A stretch of 64,000 nt of DNA from Planktothrix sp. GU0601_MAG3 (GCA_035193785.1 CP136572.1:2132578-2196577), one strand, 5' to 3'; positions 23,506 through 35,871 are shown, counted from the stretch's first letter. The notes: a model not told the origin generated them from the letters alone. Numbers and translations are program-made.

Positions 23506-26500
23506 ATGAAAGCAATACAAGCAATTAACCAAAATTCTTTAAAAACTTTAAATCGAATTTTTACGAGATTTAATCACGATTTTTCTCTAATTTTAGCCCA
23601 TTGTAATTATAGAATGGTTAGGGAAAAAGTTATTACACAATTACAAGAACAACATCCTAACTTAATTAAAAATATTGTCATAGATGCCGATGTTACTAAT
23701 CTTTATAATACCTTAGTTAAAGCCATTGAAACAGAAGAAAATACCCCGATAGCTTTAATCATATCCGGTTTGGAGTCTAACGAACAACTGGAAATTCTGA
23801 TTAAAATTATGAATCAAATGCGGGAGGAATTTCGTCGAAAATTTCACTTTCCTTTGGTATTGTGGGTGACGGATTCTCTCTTACAATCCTTAATTCGCTT
23901 GGCTCCTGATTTCCATAGTTGGTCAACCTCAATTTCTTTTGAAATTAGCACGGAGGATTTATTACAGTTTATCAAACAAATGACAGAGCAAGTTTCTGTT
24001 AAAGTCTTAGATAGTGGTGCTGGTATTTTTTTAGAAAATTCTTCTTTTAATTTAGAGTTAGGTTCACCTTTAAGATTAGAATTAGAATCGGCTCGCCAAG
24101 AGTTACAGAAACGGGGAGAGCCTTTAGATATTGAACTAGAGGCTGGTTTAGAGTTTATATTTGGTAGAATTTCTGACCATTCTCATCAAGTTTCTTTACA
24201 ACATTATGAACGAAGTTTGCAGCTTTGGAAACAAACTAATAATTTAATTCGCCATAGTCAATTATTATTTTATGTGGGATTTTGGTGGCACAGCTACGGA
24301 ATTTTACATCGATTTCAAAAAGAATCGGCTTATCATCAGGCTAAAACCTATTATACCGAATCCATCCAGAAGTTTAAACAAGCTGACCGTTGGGATCTAG
24401 TGGCTAAATTTATTAATGCTTTAGCCGATATCTTGTTTGGATTAAAACAATGGCAAGAATTAGAAGAAGTTGCTAAGGAATCAATTCATTATAATCGAAT
24501 TTACGCCTATCCTTTTCGAGAAGCTCGGGGATATCATTTTTTGGCAGAGGTGGCTTTAACCAAAGGTTTCCCCTTGGAAGCTAAAACTTTAGCAGAAAAA
24601 GCTCAGAATTTATTAACTAAAACCTGCTCCACTTATCAAGCTCAAACATCGGAGCAACAGTCAATTTTAGACTGGGAAACCTCCTATCATCAAGGATGGT
24701 ATTTATTTACCCTAGCCCACGCCCATCAACAACTAAATCAACAGCAAGAAGCGATTAATATTCTGGAAAAAGCCAAAGCCAGAAACTAAACCGCACTATG
24801 ACCCAGACCTCTATATTAAAATTTTACAACTTTTACAGGATTTATATTTTCAAAAGTGCGAATATTTAATGGCCTATGAAATCAAACAAAAACGTCGGGA
24901 AATTGAACAACAATTTAGATTAAGAGCGTTTATTGGAGCCGGAAGACTCGGACATATTCAAAGTATTACTAATCCCAGTTTACCCCCAGTTAACTACCCC
25001 AAAATTATTAATCCCGAAATTAGTGCCTCCGGTCGTTTATCTGTGGTGCATTGGTTGTATGAACGGATTAGAAGAAATGATTGTCGATTAACGGTGATTT
25101 ATGGACAATCTGGAGTGGGTAAAAGTTCAATTTTGCAAGCTGGTTTTATTCCAGAGTTACAAAAAACCTCGATTGATACACGTTACTTTATCCCGGTATT
25201 AATTCAAGTTTATACGAATTTTAACCGAGAATTTTCTCGGGCTTTAGCTAAGGGAATTAGGGAGTTTAAAAATATTGAATTAGATTCTTATATTTTTAAT
25301 GATCAGGAGATAATTTTAGAGCAAATTAGAGCTTTAGTCAATCAAAATTTTTGGGTAATTATTATCTTTGACCAATTTGAGGAATTTTTCTTTGCTTGTA
25401 AAGATAATCAACAGCGACAAAGCTGTTATAAATTTATCAAAGATTGCCTAGAAATTCCCTATGTTAAAATTGTTTTATCCTTACGAGAAGATTACTTACA
25501 CTATTTATTAGAATGTACTCGTCAGGGATATTTAGAAATTATTGGGAATAATATTTTAGATAAAAATATTCTATCTTATATTGGCAACTTTACACGGGAA
25601 GAAGCTAAATCCGTAATTAAAAGTTTAACAGAAAGAACACAATTTTTCCTTGAACCTGCTTTAATTGAAAAATTAGTTGAAGATTTAGCCGAGGATTTAG
25701 GGGAAATTCGGCCGATAGAATTACAAGTTGTGGGTTCTCAGTTACAGGCTCAAAATATTAACACATTACAACAATATCAACAGGCGGGACAAAAGAAAAA
25801 ATTAGTTGAAGACTATTTAGATGAAGTCATTCAAGATTGTGGTTTAAGTAATAAAAGTTTAGCTGAGTTGGTGCTTTACTTACTAACGGATGAAAATAAT
25901 ACTCGTCCTCTAAAAACCCGCGCTGATTTAGTCCGAGGCATCAAAGAAATAACCAACCATTTTGACAATATTAATCAAAATTTGGATACGGTTCTGAAAA
26001 TTTTTGTCCTCTCCGGTTTGGTCTTTCTTTTACCAGAAATTCCCTCCGAACGTTATCAACTGGTACATGATTATTTAGTCAGTTTAATTCGTCAAAATCG
26101 CGGTTCTGTGATTTTAGAACAGTTAGAAATAGAAACCCAAAAACGCCAACAAGCCGAAGCCAAAAATCAAGAACTCTGGCGGCTTTTTACCCGTTTCCAC
26201 TATTATTGGTGGTGGTATGGCACTTTTATTAACCCTAGCATTGGGATTTTTAAGGATTTCAGAAGTTAAAAATAAACAAGTTAACTTAGCCTTAGAAAAT
26301 ACTAAATATACGGCTTTAACCACGGAAAATAATCAGCTTGAAGCCTTATTAACCCTAGTCACCGCCGGAAAATTTCTATCAAATAAAACGCCTAAATCTG
26401 CCATTGAACAAGAAACCCAGAGTAAATTAAGTATTGCAGTTCAAGTGATTCAAGAAAAAAATATTTTAGATGGACATGACAAAAATAATGTTTTAAGTGT

Positions 26501-28347
26501 GAGTATTAGTCCCGATGACCAACTAATTGCTTCTGCAAGTATTGATAAAACTATTAAATTATGGACTCGTGGGGGAAAACTGATTAATACTTTACAAGGA
26601 CATAAAGATTCCGTTTGGTTTGTTACCTTTAGTCCTAATAGTCAAATCATGGCTTCTGCGAGTCGGGATAAAACCATCAAACTTTGGCAAAAAGATGGCA
26701 GATTCATCAGAACATTAAAGGGACATACCGATGAAGTCAAATGGGTTAATTTTAGTCCCGATGGTCAACAAATTGCCTCCGCAAGTCGAGATAAAACCGT
26801 TAAAATTTGGAGTTTAAATGGTAAATTAATTAAAACCTTAAACGCACATAAAACACCTGTTCTCAGCGTTGTTTTTAGTCCTGATGGTCAACTTATTGCT
26901 TCATCGAGTGAAGATGGCATAATTAATATTTGGAATCGCCTGGGAGAACTAATTAAAACAATTCCCGCCCATTCTAAACCGATTTGGAGTATTGTTTTTA
27001 GTCCCGATAGTCAAATAATTGCCTCGGCAAGTGATGATAAAACCGTGAAATTATGGAGTCGAGACGGTAAATTAATTAGAAGTTTAACGGGATATCAACA
27101 GGCAGTTAATAGTGTGGATTTTAGTCGAGATGGTAATTTAATTGCCACGGGAAGTACGGATGAAATAATTAAAATTTGGACAAAGGAAGGTTTGTTGATT
27201 TCGACTCTGCAAGGACATAGGGGTGGGATTAATCAAGTCAGTTTTTCTAAGCAAAAAGAGATGTTAGTTTCTGCCAGTCAAGATGGCATCGTTAGAGTGT
27301 GGAATTTACAAGCCCTACCTCGAATGATTCAACTGAAGGATTATAAAATTTATAGTAGTAATTTTTGGGGTAAAAATAGTGATTTAGTTGCTTCTCCTGG
27401 CCGAGATTTAAGAAGTAATGATCATGTTGTTGTATTATGGACTTTAAATGGAGAGGTAAAACGGACGTTGAGAGGTCATACTAATACGGTTAATAATGTC
27501 AGTTTTAGTCCTGACCAAAAAATGATTGCATCAGCCAGCGACGATAAAACGGTAAAACTTTGGGATTTAGAAGGTAAGGAAATTAATACTATTGTTCATC
27601 CCTCGGCCGTTTGGAGTGTAATTTTTAGCCCTAATAATCAGTTAATTGCCACCGCCAGTAATGACAATAAAATTCGGATTTGGGGAATTGATGGAACCTT
27701 AAAACAGACTTTGGAGGGTCATAAAAAACAAATCAATGATTTAAGTTTTAGTCCCGATAGTAAAATTTTAGCTTCCGCGAGTAATGATAAAACTGTTAAC
27801 CTATGGGATATCAGTAAAGGGCGTTTTATTAATTCCTTAATTGCGGCTAAAATTCGGTTTGGTTTCTGTTAGTTTTAGTCCCGATGGACAATTGATTGCA
27901 GCCACGAAAGATGGGGAATCAATCGCGATTTGGAAAAATAAAAATTCAAACTGGGAACTTTTACAAACTTCTGTTATTTTAGGTAAACATTGGAAACCAA
28001 TTTATGAGGTTAATTTTAGCCCCAATAGTAAAATATTAGCTTCTGCAAGTGTAGATGGTACGATTAAACTTTGGGATATTAATGGAAGTTTAATTACAAC
28101 TTTAAAGCCAAGTTTAGAACCTATTTTATCAGTTAATTTTAGTCCTGATGGCAAGACTTTAATTGGGATTCAAAAAACGCAACCAAGTCGAGTTGGTATC
28201 TGGTCAATTGACACAAATCAAGTCAATGAAAATACTGATCATTTGTTAAAAAAAGCCTGTGCTCAACTTGATGATTATTTAGAAACTAGCCCTAATGTTA
28301 GCAGTATTAATCAAAAAGTTTGTGATGAGTTTAATCCCTCTCGCTAA
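23506..28347 (+). CDS. TPR + nSTAND1-type NTPase + TM + WD40 repeat protein; frameshifts at 24782, 26193, 27862
   Basis: NQMREEFR..FPLVLW N-domain, TPR-like helices, Walker A GQSGVGKS, Walker B IIFDQFEE, YQLVHDYL, many GH..FSPDG..ASAS.D.T.KLW repeats. Confidence 0.85.
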
Positions 28348-28354
28348 AATATTA

Positions 28355-28384
28355 AGTAGAGACGTTGTATGCAACATCTCTACT
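28355..28384. repeat. REP-like palindrome between convergent genes
   Basis: AGTAGAGACGTTG-TATG-CAACATCTCTACT; related copy at 52936-52963. Confidence 0.7.
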
Positions 28385-28428
28385 AAAAGGTGGATTTGCA
28401 CCTAATTATGGATTTATATTAATTCATA

Positions 28429-28632
28429 TTAATCTCGTGGCGGTCTACCCGTATCTTTGATTATTTCTTGACCCTCCTCCCTAGCTTGATGACAAAGGGT
28501 AATATTGTTGTGAATATCACAGGGAAACTTAACAATAGAATTGGAAATAGTCAACTCTGAAGCGTTTGCTTGAGTTGCTGTAATCACCGATAACCCGATT
28601 AGGGTTAAAGACATCAGACTGTTGCGTAACAT
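28429..28632 (-). CDS. Small secreted peptide (67 aa)
   Basis: AAGGAG RBS before ATG 28632; signal peptide ending in AxA; two Cys. Confidence 0.55.
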   Translation of the reverse strand: MLRNSLMSLTLIGLSVITATQANASELTISNSIVKFPCDIHNNITLCHQAREEGQEIIKDTGRPPRD

Positions 28633-29034
28633 AATTAGACTCCTTTTGGTACTGTGAAAGAATAAATCCGCTAATTTAACCCATGAATTAATGCACACAA
28701 ATAGGGGTTTTAATGGGCTTAAAATTTTAATTAAGGGGGGTTAATAAACGGATTTCATTCCTCTAAAATAGATGGGGTGTTCTTGACTTCAAGCAAAACT
28801 ACCCAGTGCATGAATAATTGAGTTTTTCAGTCTTAACACTCTACTTTTCTAGTTCAAATTAGTGAATCAGGAATACTTTTTATTTATGTATTAATTATTT
28901 TTTATGAAATACTTAAATATTTGCTAATGATGATTAATAAAAAAGTTGGGAATAATAAATATTACCCATATCAGTTATCAGTCATCAGTCATCAGTTACC
29001 AGTTTATCACCCATTCGTAATTCGTAATTCGTAA

Positions 29035-30979
29035 TTAATTCATATTCATTCCCCCTAAAGGAACAGAAATTAAATCGTGAAATTGGGTATCTCTAATTCG
29101 TTTTAATTCCCACATCCATTTAGTTTCTGCGTCGATTTGTTGATAATATTTTTGAGCTAAATTTTGATGTTGAGCAACATCGGTTTCCCCCCATAATTTT
29201 AATGCCATATCTCGTCTTTTTTGACAAATAACGGTTTCAATAGACGCAATAGAACTGCGAATAACTAATTGGGGGCGACAAATATCAATTTCCGTATGTT
29301 CATCCAGATAAAATAGATGATAAAATTGTTTAGTTTGTTGATTTTTCTCTAAACAAACCTGTTGCAATTCCAGAATTAAATCCACCGAATCTAAACTCTT
29401 TTCAAATCGAGCCTCAATTTGGGCAATTTCTCGCCATAAAAACCGATGATGAGCCAAACTAAACTGTAAATCCCTGGCTTCTAACCCATCCATAATAGCT
29501 GGACGATATTCGGGACAATGCAGATAAATTCTGAGGAGTTTAACTTCTGCTTCTTCTAACAAACTGCGCTCGGAGTTTATACTAAGTAAATTATCAGAAG
29601 ATGGTTTATTTTTTACTGTTTCTAAATGGTGCTGATTGATTTGAGTTTGTAAATTTTTAGCCAAAAGAGAAACTAACCGATTTTGTCCTTGACTCAGAAG
29701 TTCAGCACAATATTGAATATAATGGGTGCGTTGCATTCCATTCTCAATTTTTTTTAATAATTCTACCATTTGTTTTGATACTTGCTGCGACTGGGCAACG
29801 GTTTCCAGGTTTTTTCCAATTAATAACCGTTGAATTTGCCAATCAATCCAAAATGGAGCATTAACCAATAATTTTTGATAATCTTCGGCGGAATTATGAA
29901 TTAAAAACTCATCGGGATCTTTCCCAGAAGGAATATTTAAAATCCGTAAATTAATATAACCTTGATAAGCCAGATCTTCAATTTCTCCGATCGCCCGTTT
30001 CAGCGGCTTTATTCCCCGCCACATCCGCATCAAAATTGAGAATAATTTGTTTAGATTCCGTATATCGAACTAACTGCCGAACTTGATTTAAACTTAACGC
30101 AGTGCCTAAAGAAGCCACAACATTTTCTATTCCGGCGGTATGTAAAGCAATTACATCAAAATATCCCTCGACAACAATTGCTTGATCCTGTTTACCGATG
30201 GCATTTTTTGCCTTATCCAACGCAAATAAAGTCTTACCTTTATCAAATAATTCGGTTTCGGGAGAATTGAGATATTTGGGCAGTTCATCCCCTAAACTTC
30301 TGCCCCCAAATCCAATAATTTTTCCCTGACTATCATGGATGGGAATCATTAACCGATCCCTAAACCGATCATAATATCCATTGCCTGTTTTTCTAGGTAC
30401 AATTAGCCCAGCTTGTTCGACTAATTCCGCCGGAAAATGTTTTTGTTCTACCAAATAATCATAGAGTGTTTCCCATCCTTGAGGAGCATATCCTAACTGA
30501 AAATATTGAATAGTATTTTCTTTGAGATTTCGTTTTAATTTTAAATAATCTAAGGCTTGAATTCCTTCCGGTTGTCTTAAAGTATATTGATAAAAACCCG
30601 TAGCGATCGCTAAAATTTCATATAATTGTTCTCGTAAAGAAATCTGTCTCTGTAATTCTTGACGTTTTTCTGGTTCCAAAGTTTTAACTGGAACTTGATA
30701 CCGTTTAGCTAACTCTAAAACCGTCTCACTAAAAGAACTTTTATCCAAATCCATCATAAATTTAATCGCATTTCCCGCCGCCCCGCATCCAAAACAATAA
30801 AACATTTGTTTCGTGGGACTCACGGTAAAACTAGGGGTTTTTTCATCATGGAAGGGACACAACCCCACAAAATCTTTCCCTCGTCGTTTCAACGAAACTT
30901 TTTCGGACACAATATCATAAATATCCGCCCTTTCTTTGACATCTTCTATTGTTTCTGGATGAATACGCGGAGTCAGCAT
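29035..30979 (-). CDS. dnaG: DNA primase; frameshift at 29997
   Basis: CPFH..CFGC zinc finger, DRFRDRLM, KYLNSPET, VEGYFD, KDPD. Confidence 0.96.
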
Positions 30980-31073
30980 TGAGGATTAAAATAGAATGAT
31001 TAGTCTTTATTTTGCCATAAAATATCCTGAATGATCCTTCTAATCTTTATTGAAGAAAAATATCAAAATCAAA

Positions 31074-31513
31074 TTATTCATTTACCCATCCCTTCAATAC
31101 TCCAATCTTCAAACCTCAACCCAGGAAACTCGTTCAAAATCCTGTCGATTTCGTGTTACTAAAATTCCATTATTTGCCATGACAAGAGCAGCGATGCGTA
31201 AATCTTGCGTACCAATCCGAATTTTTTGACGCAATAACTCAAAATAACAATGATAAGATTCCTGATCAAAATTTATCACATTAATAGTTTGATAATACTT
31301 TAAAGTTTCTTCTAATCTGGCGTAAGCAAATAGAAGATCATCAGCAGATTTTGCTTTTTTAATTTGGTTTAAACGTCCATAAAACTGTTCTTCTACTGTA
31401 ACAATAGTAACTGCAACTTCTTCAGGATTAACTGTCATCACTCGTTGTATTACAACAGGATGTTGTCGTTGAAATAAGGAAATATGATCAGTATCTAATA
31501 TCCAAAAACTCAC
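31074..31513 (-). CDS. vapC: PIN-domain (VapC) toxin; frameshift at 31125
   Basis: ILDTD, EE, DLRIAA, LVTRN..DF; corrected end VPGLRFEDW. Confidence 0.85.
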
Positions 31514-31518
31514 TTTTT

Positions 31519-31884
31519 CTACTCCTCTCCATCAAGTTGACGATAATATTCTTCTGTTTCAGCATCTCTTTCACGACGATAATCTTCAATATCTTTGAGC
31601 ATTTCGTCAAAATAGGGATCATCTTTAAACATTCCTGCAAACTTCATCCAAGGATGTTCTGGTTTGGGTAGAGGAATTTCCAGTTGCACAATTTCACCTT
31701 GTTTCAGAATAGCATTAACTTGTTCTAATAACTGTTCTAGGGCCGCTTCTCGACTTGCACCCTTAGCTTTACAATCTAAACCTAATACTGTTACTATATA
31801 TTCCTGATTTTGTTGTTGAATTAACACAGGATAAGTCAATTTGGCAATAGATGAAGATGACGCTTGAATTAAGTTGGCGGTCAT
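31519..31884 (-). CDS. Antitoxin with HicB-like N-terminal fold
   Basis: YPVLI..YIVTV...GASREAAL; HPWMKFAG tail; immediately upstream of the PIN toxin. Confidence 0.7.
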   Translation of the reverse strand: MTANLIQASSSSIAKLTYPVLIQQQNQEYIVTVLGLDCKAKGASREAALEQLLEQVNAILKQGEIVQLEIPLPKPEHPWMKFAGMFKDDPYFDEMLKDIEDYRRERDAETEEYYRQLDGEE

Positions 31885-31943
31885 AGAACTATCCTTTTAT
31901 AGTCTAATTTAGTTTTATTATACACGATTTAAAGTTCTGAAAA

Positions 31944-32042
31944 AAGGTATTAGTCACGGGAGAACCTGGGCTTTTAGGTCAGAAATTAGGGTTGAGATTG
32001 CGTTCTTTAGGTCAGGATGTCACCGTTTTAGGTCGTAACTAA
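31944..32042 (+). pseudogene. Remnant of an NAD-dependent epimerase/SDR N-terminus
   Basis: Translates KVLVTGEPGLLGQKLGLRLRSLGQDVTVLGRN* (Rossmann TGxxGxxG); no start codon, early stop. Confidence 0.6.
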
Positions 32043-32069
32043 TCGGCGATCGCTCACAACAATTAGGGC

Positions 32070-33650
32070 TTAAAAAACTAGGGGGATAGCTGTAGATAAA
32101 CAATAGTTTTCCCAACTCTTAAAGGGTTGAATTTCTGTTTCTTGATTGAGAACATCCACCACACGATCATAAATTTCTTGCGCCTGTTCGGGAGAATCAC
32201 CAATACAAGTTAATCCTAACTTTCCATAACGAGATAAACACCCCATTAAGTGAAAAACCGTTCCCGTTTCCGTACTACTATCAAAATGCAATTGATGATT
32301 AACAATAATATCCATTAAATCATTAGGCAGTAATCCCTGATACTTTTTATCTTGCAAATTATCCGAAGCAATATAAAATTTAGGCTGGGATTTTTGACTA
32401 TAAAATAACCCAGTTTGTAAATCATAATACCCATTGGTTAATAACTTTAAAGTCATAAACGGATGGGTGGTTCCCCCTCGACGCAGGTTAATTTCTATCG
32501 CCTGTAAATCCCAATCTAAACTGTCCGGTTGATAGACCGCCACAAAATCTACACCAAACCGTTCTAATGCCCCTTTGTTCGCTAAATTGTGACCAATTTT
32601 TTCTCCCATTTCTTGCAGTTGTAATCGATAGGCGGCTTGGGCTGGAAATCGACAACCTTGGAAAATTTGACCATCGGGGCCCCCTAAAATTTGGTCATGG
32701 GTGGAGATAATGTTAGTTTTGCCATTGGGAGTAATTTCACACTGAACACTCGGAGATTCTTTGATCTTCCCTTCAATAAAAACCTCTACAATTGCCCCCA
32801 ATTCAGAAATGCGATCGCGAAAGGTTTCCCCGGTTTCATTCGGGGCTTGAAAACTTAATTTATTCCAGTAGTTTTTGAGAATTTTTGCCCTTTCCTGTGG
32901 GTTTAAATCTTGCAGAGGTCTTAAATCTAATAGGGCATTTCCTTCTCCAGAAAATCCCTGATTTAGTTTAACTACAATGCGGTTTAAGTTCGGTTGACGA
33001 CTCCATAATTCCAAGGTTACTTCTGTTAATTCTTCAGTATTAAAAACTAAACCACTACCGTCGGGATGGGGAATACCTGCTTCAGCAAATATTTGCCGAC
33101 TGCCACTTTTAGTTCCCCAATAATTTAAGTCAGGATCAACCCCAAATAATGGGATATCTAATTGTACGGATAATTCCCGTTCTAAGGCAGTAGAATTAAA
33201 ACAAATCATATAGGATTGATTTGGTCTTAAAACTTGATGAATTCGGGAAATTAAACGGGGACGTTCTAAAATTTTTTGGGTTAAGGGTTTGGGGGAAGTA
33301 TCATAGGTTGAAAACAGCAATAAACGATCCCGAATATGACTAATAGGAATTCCGGGCATTAGGTGTAAATAATAATCAATAACCGTAGGGTGAATAGGTT
33401 GGGAAGACACATAAATTAACCGCATTCTAGGATTGCGTAATCGAATTAAAGAAAACAGTAATCGTTCTTCATACTGATGGGCACCCGGAATTTTTTCTAA
33501 CTGGTGACTATCTAAACTTAACGACGGAATCACAATGACATCCTGATCTTCTAATTCCTGATCACTTAAAGTTTGAAAGCGTTGCCGAAGTTGAGTTTGC
33601 AGTTTCTCTAAACCGTTGAATTGTCTTTTCCTGGGAGTGATGCAATACAA
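32070..33650 (-). CDS. PGM1-related ATP-grasp peptide ligase
   Basis: YEERLLF.LIRL, WGTKSGSR, VVKLN.GFSGEGNA, STHDQILGG, RFGVDF, IEINLRRGGTTHPF. Confidence 0.8.
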   Translation of the reverse strand: MYCITPRKRQFNGLEKLQTQLRQRFQTLSDQELEDQDVIVIPSLSLDSHQLEKIPGAHQYEERLLFSLIRLRNPRMRLIYVSSQPIHPTVIDYYLHLMPGIPISHIRDRLLLFSTYDTSPKPLTQKILERPRLISRIHQVLRPNQSYMICFNSTALERELSVQLDIPLFGVDPDLNYWGTKSGSRQIFAEAGIPHPDGSGLVFNTEELTEVTLELWSRQPNLNRIVVKLNQGFSGEGNALLDLRPLQDLNPQERAKILKNYWNKLSFQAPNETGETFRDRISELGAIVEVFIEGKIKESPSVQCEITPNGKTNIISTHDQILGGPDGQIFQGCRFPAQAAYRLQLQEMGEKIGHNLANKGALERFGVDFVAVYQPDSLDWDLQAIEINLRRGGTTHPFMTLKLLTNGYYDLQTGLFYSQKSQPKFYIASDNLQDKKYQGLLPNDLMDIIVNHQLHFDSSTETGTVFHLMGCLSRYGKLGLTCIGDSPEQAQEIYDRVVDVLNQETEIQPFKSWENYCLSTAIPLVF

Positions 33651-33739
33651 CCATAACTCTAACCTATTGAACCTGATATCTCCATATTAGTTCAGAGGAT
33701 TAACCGGATAGCAGTTTCGAGAATAATTGCAAGATTTTG

Positions 33740-35362
33740 TTACTTGAGTTCCCAGAGTCGTGATTTTTGATCTACTTTTTCTACTTTTTCTAATTGATAG
33801 TTTTCATTTTTAATGGTTTGGAGTAATTCCTCAGAGGGGTTAAGAACAAAAACCTTTGGCCCTATGGGGAGTAATAATAGATTCGGTTCGGAATTGACCA
33901 TCATTAGTTTAATATCGGGGTTTAATTCATAACTCAGAGAAATAATATTACCTAAATTTGTATAATAACTCCCATGATCAACGATGAGAGTGGCGGATTT
34001 ATTTTGATTTAATTGTTGGACAATTTGAGGATTTTCATAACTGGGAATTTGATGCCACCAGCTTTGAGAGTTAGCACTAATACTAATAGAAATTAAGCTA
34101 AATGTAAAAACGATGGCTAGGAGCGATCGCCAAAATATTTCTCCATCAATTAAGGAGTTTTTATTACTTTTAATATGGGTAGAAAACAAATAGGCAACGG
34201 CTAATTGAACGGCGGGAAAACAGGAAATCAAAAAGCGGGTTACCCCGGAACGTCCTCCCCCTAAAAGCACATCGGGTAAGGCCAATATTGAAAAGGGAAC
34301 TAAAATGGATGTCCAAATAAATAGGCGGGTTTTTTGATTAGTTTGTTGACTAATTTGAAATAATGCCACCAGAATTAATATTACAAAAGGAAGTCTGAGT
34401 AAATACATCTGAATACTGTCGAAATCGAAATTGATATCAACAAATAAAGCGGTAAAACTCAAAATCCAAAACTTGCTTAAATTGAGTAAACTGATGAAAT
34501 TGCTTGACCAGTTTGTAACATCCATCGCCCGTTGTAAATTATTGATTAAAATAATTAACCAAGGACTAAAAGCTAGAATTGAGATCGCAACAGACCCTAA
34601 AAATTCTAATAATAACTGAGAAAAAGGAAAGCGTTTTCGTTTTCTAAAAGATTGTGAAGACTCCATACTCAATAACAGAATATAAGCCCCATGACCAATT
34701 ATTGTTAACCCGAATAAAACATGGGTATAGAGTCCAAAAATACAGGCTAAACTATAACCCGCCCAAAATAGCGGATGTCTCCAACGAATTGCTTTGAGTA
34801 AGGCATAACCACTAGCAATCACCAGTAAGGTTAGCAAACTATATTGTCGAGCAGTTTGAGCAAATAAAATATCAAAGGGAGATAGGGCTAAAAAAGCCGT
34901 AGCTAGTAAAGCGGTTTGGGAAGATTGAAATAATTCCCAAGCCAATAAATACATAAAAGGCAGGGAAATCAAACTAATTAAAGCCGGTAAAACCCGAGAA
35001 GCAATAATGGAATGACCAAACAAAAACATCCAGACCCGGGCTAATAAAAAATAAAAGGGAGAATGTTGAGGATCTTCTGTGGCTAGAGAATTGAGGGTAT
35101 CTAGGGGGGTGCTATTGGGTTTCAGTTGTTGATATTTGAGCAGATCAATGGGGAAAACGATACGATTTTGATAAAATTCCTGGGCAAATTCTTGACCCGT
35201 ATATCCAGCGGCCCGCAAGGTAGTATAAACTTCATCATGCCAATAGATTTTTCCATCTAAAGCCACAAACCGAAAGGCAACACCAATAACAATAACAACA
35301 ATTAAAAATAACCTCAAAATTTGGGGGCGAATTCTTTTGAAAAAGTTCCATAGACGGGGCAT
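33740..35362 (-). CDS. GT-C fold glycosyltransferase (GT39/PMT-like)
   Basis: YWHDE, EDPQHSPFYF, AQTARQYSL, multiple TM helices. Confidence 0.85.
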   Translation of the reverse strand: MPRLWNFFKRIRPQILRLFLIVVIVIGVAFRFVALDGKIYWHDEVYTTLRAAGYTGQEFAQEFYQNRIVFPIDLLKYQQLKPNSTPLDTLNSLATEDPQHSPFYFLLARVWMFLFGHSIIASRVLPALISLISLPFMYLLAWELFQSSQTALLATAFLALSPFDILFAQTARQYSLLTLLVIASGYALLKAIRWRHPLFWAGYSLACIFGLYTHVLFGLTIIGHGAYILLLSMESSQSFRKRKRFPFSQLLLEFLGSVAISILAFSPWLIILINNLQRAMDVTNWSSNFISLLNLSKFWILSFTALFVDINFDFDSIQMYLLRLPFVILILVALFQISQQTNQKTRLFIWTSILVPFSILALPDVLLGGGRSGVTRFLISCFPAVQLAVAYLFSTHIKSNKNSLIDGEIFWRSLLAIVFTFSLISISISANSQSWWHQIPSYENPQIVQQLNQNKSATLIVDHGSYYTNLGNIISLSYELNPDIKLMMVNSEPNLLLLPIGPKVFVLNPSEELLQTIKNENYQLEKVEKVDQKSRLWELK

Positions 35363-35418
35363 AACATCCGTTTAAATTAAGTTTGATTTTATAAAATTTA
35401 ATCTTAAAGCTGCTGACT

Positions 35419-35442
35419 AAAAAAGCAGGGGGACTCCCTGCT
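35419..35442 (-). terminator. Intrinsic terminator downstream of rbcS
   Basis: AGCAGGG-ggact-CCCTGCT stem followed by a T6 tract on the minus strand. Confidence 0.75.
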
Positions 35443-35535
35443 CAAGTTTGGCTCAAGTTTCTAAAATAGTTTTCAGAAATTAGCGAGTTAGGGGATGATT
35501 CATGTCGCCCTAACCCATTTAATTTCAAACCCTAC

Positions 35536-35871
35536 TTAGTATAAAGAGCTACTGGGTTTGTGGACGATGAAGCTTAACACTTGGCATTGCTTCACGTTAT
35601 CAAAACCCATCACACGGATATAGGATTTAGAATTTTCTTGACGGCAAGCTTGAACTTCATTCAACACTTCTTGAGAAGTAGTGGCATTGAACAAAGGCAG
35701 TTTCCACAGTGTCCAATAATGTTGGGTGGGTTCGGAAGATTCACTAAATTCCACACCGGGGATATATCCTTGATCCAGAATATATTGGACTTGCTTGACG
35801 ATTTGAGCATCGCTCAAGGGAGGAAGATAGGATAACGTTTCAAAACGACGTTCTTTTGGTAATGTCCGCAT
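35536..35871 (-). CDS. rbcS: RuBisCO small subunit
   Basis: [29 protein letters not shown]. Confidence 0.98.
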   Translation of the reverse strand: MRTLPKERRFETLSYLPPLSDAQIVKQVQYILDQGYIPGVEFSESSEPTQHYWTLWKLPLFNATTSQEVLNEVQACRQENSKSYIRVMGFDNVKQCQVLSFIVHKPSSSLY

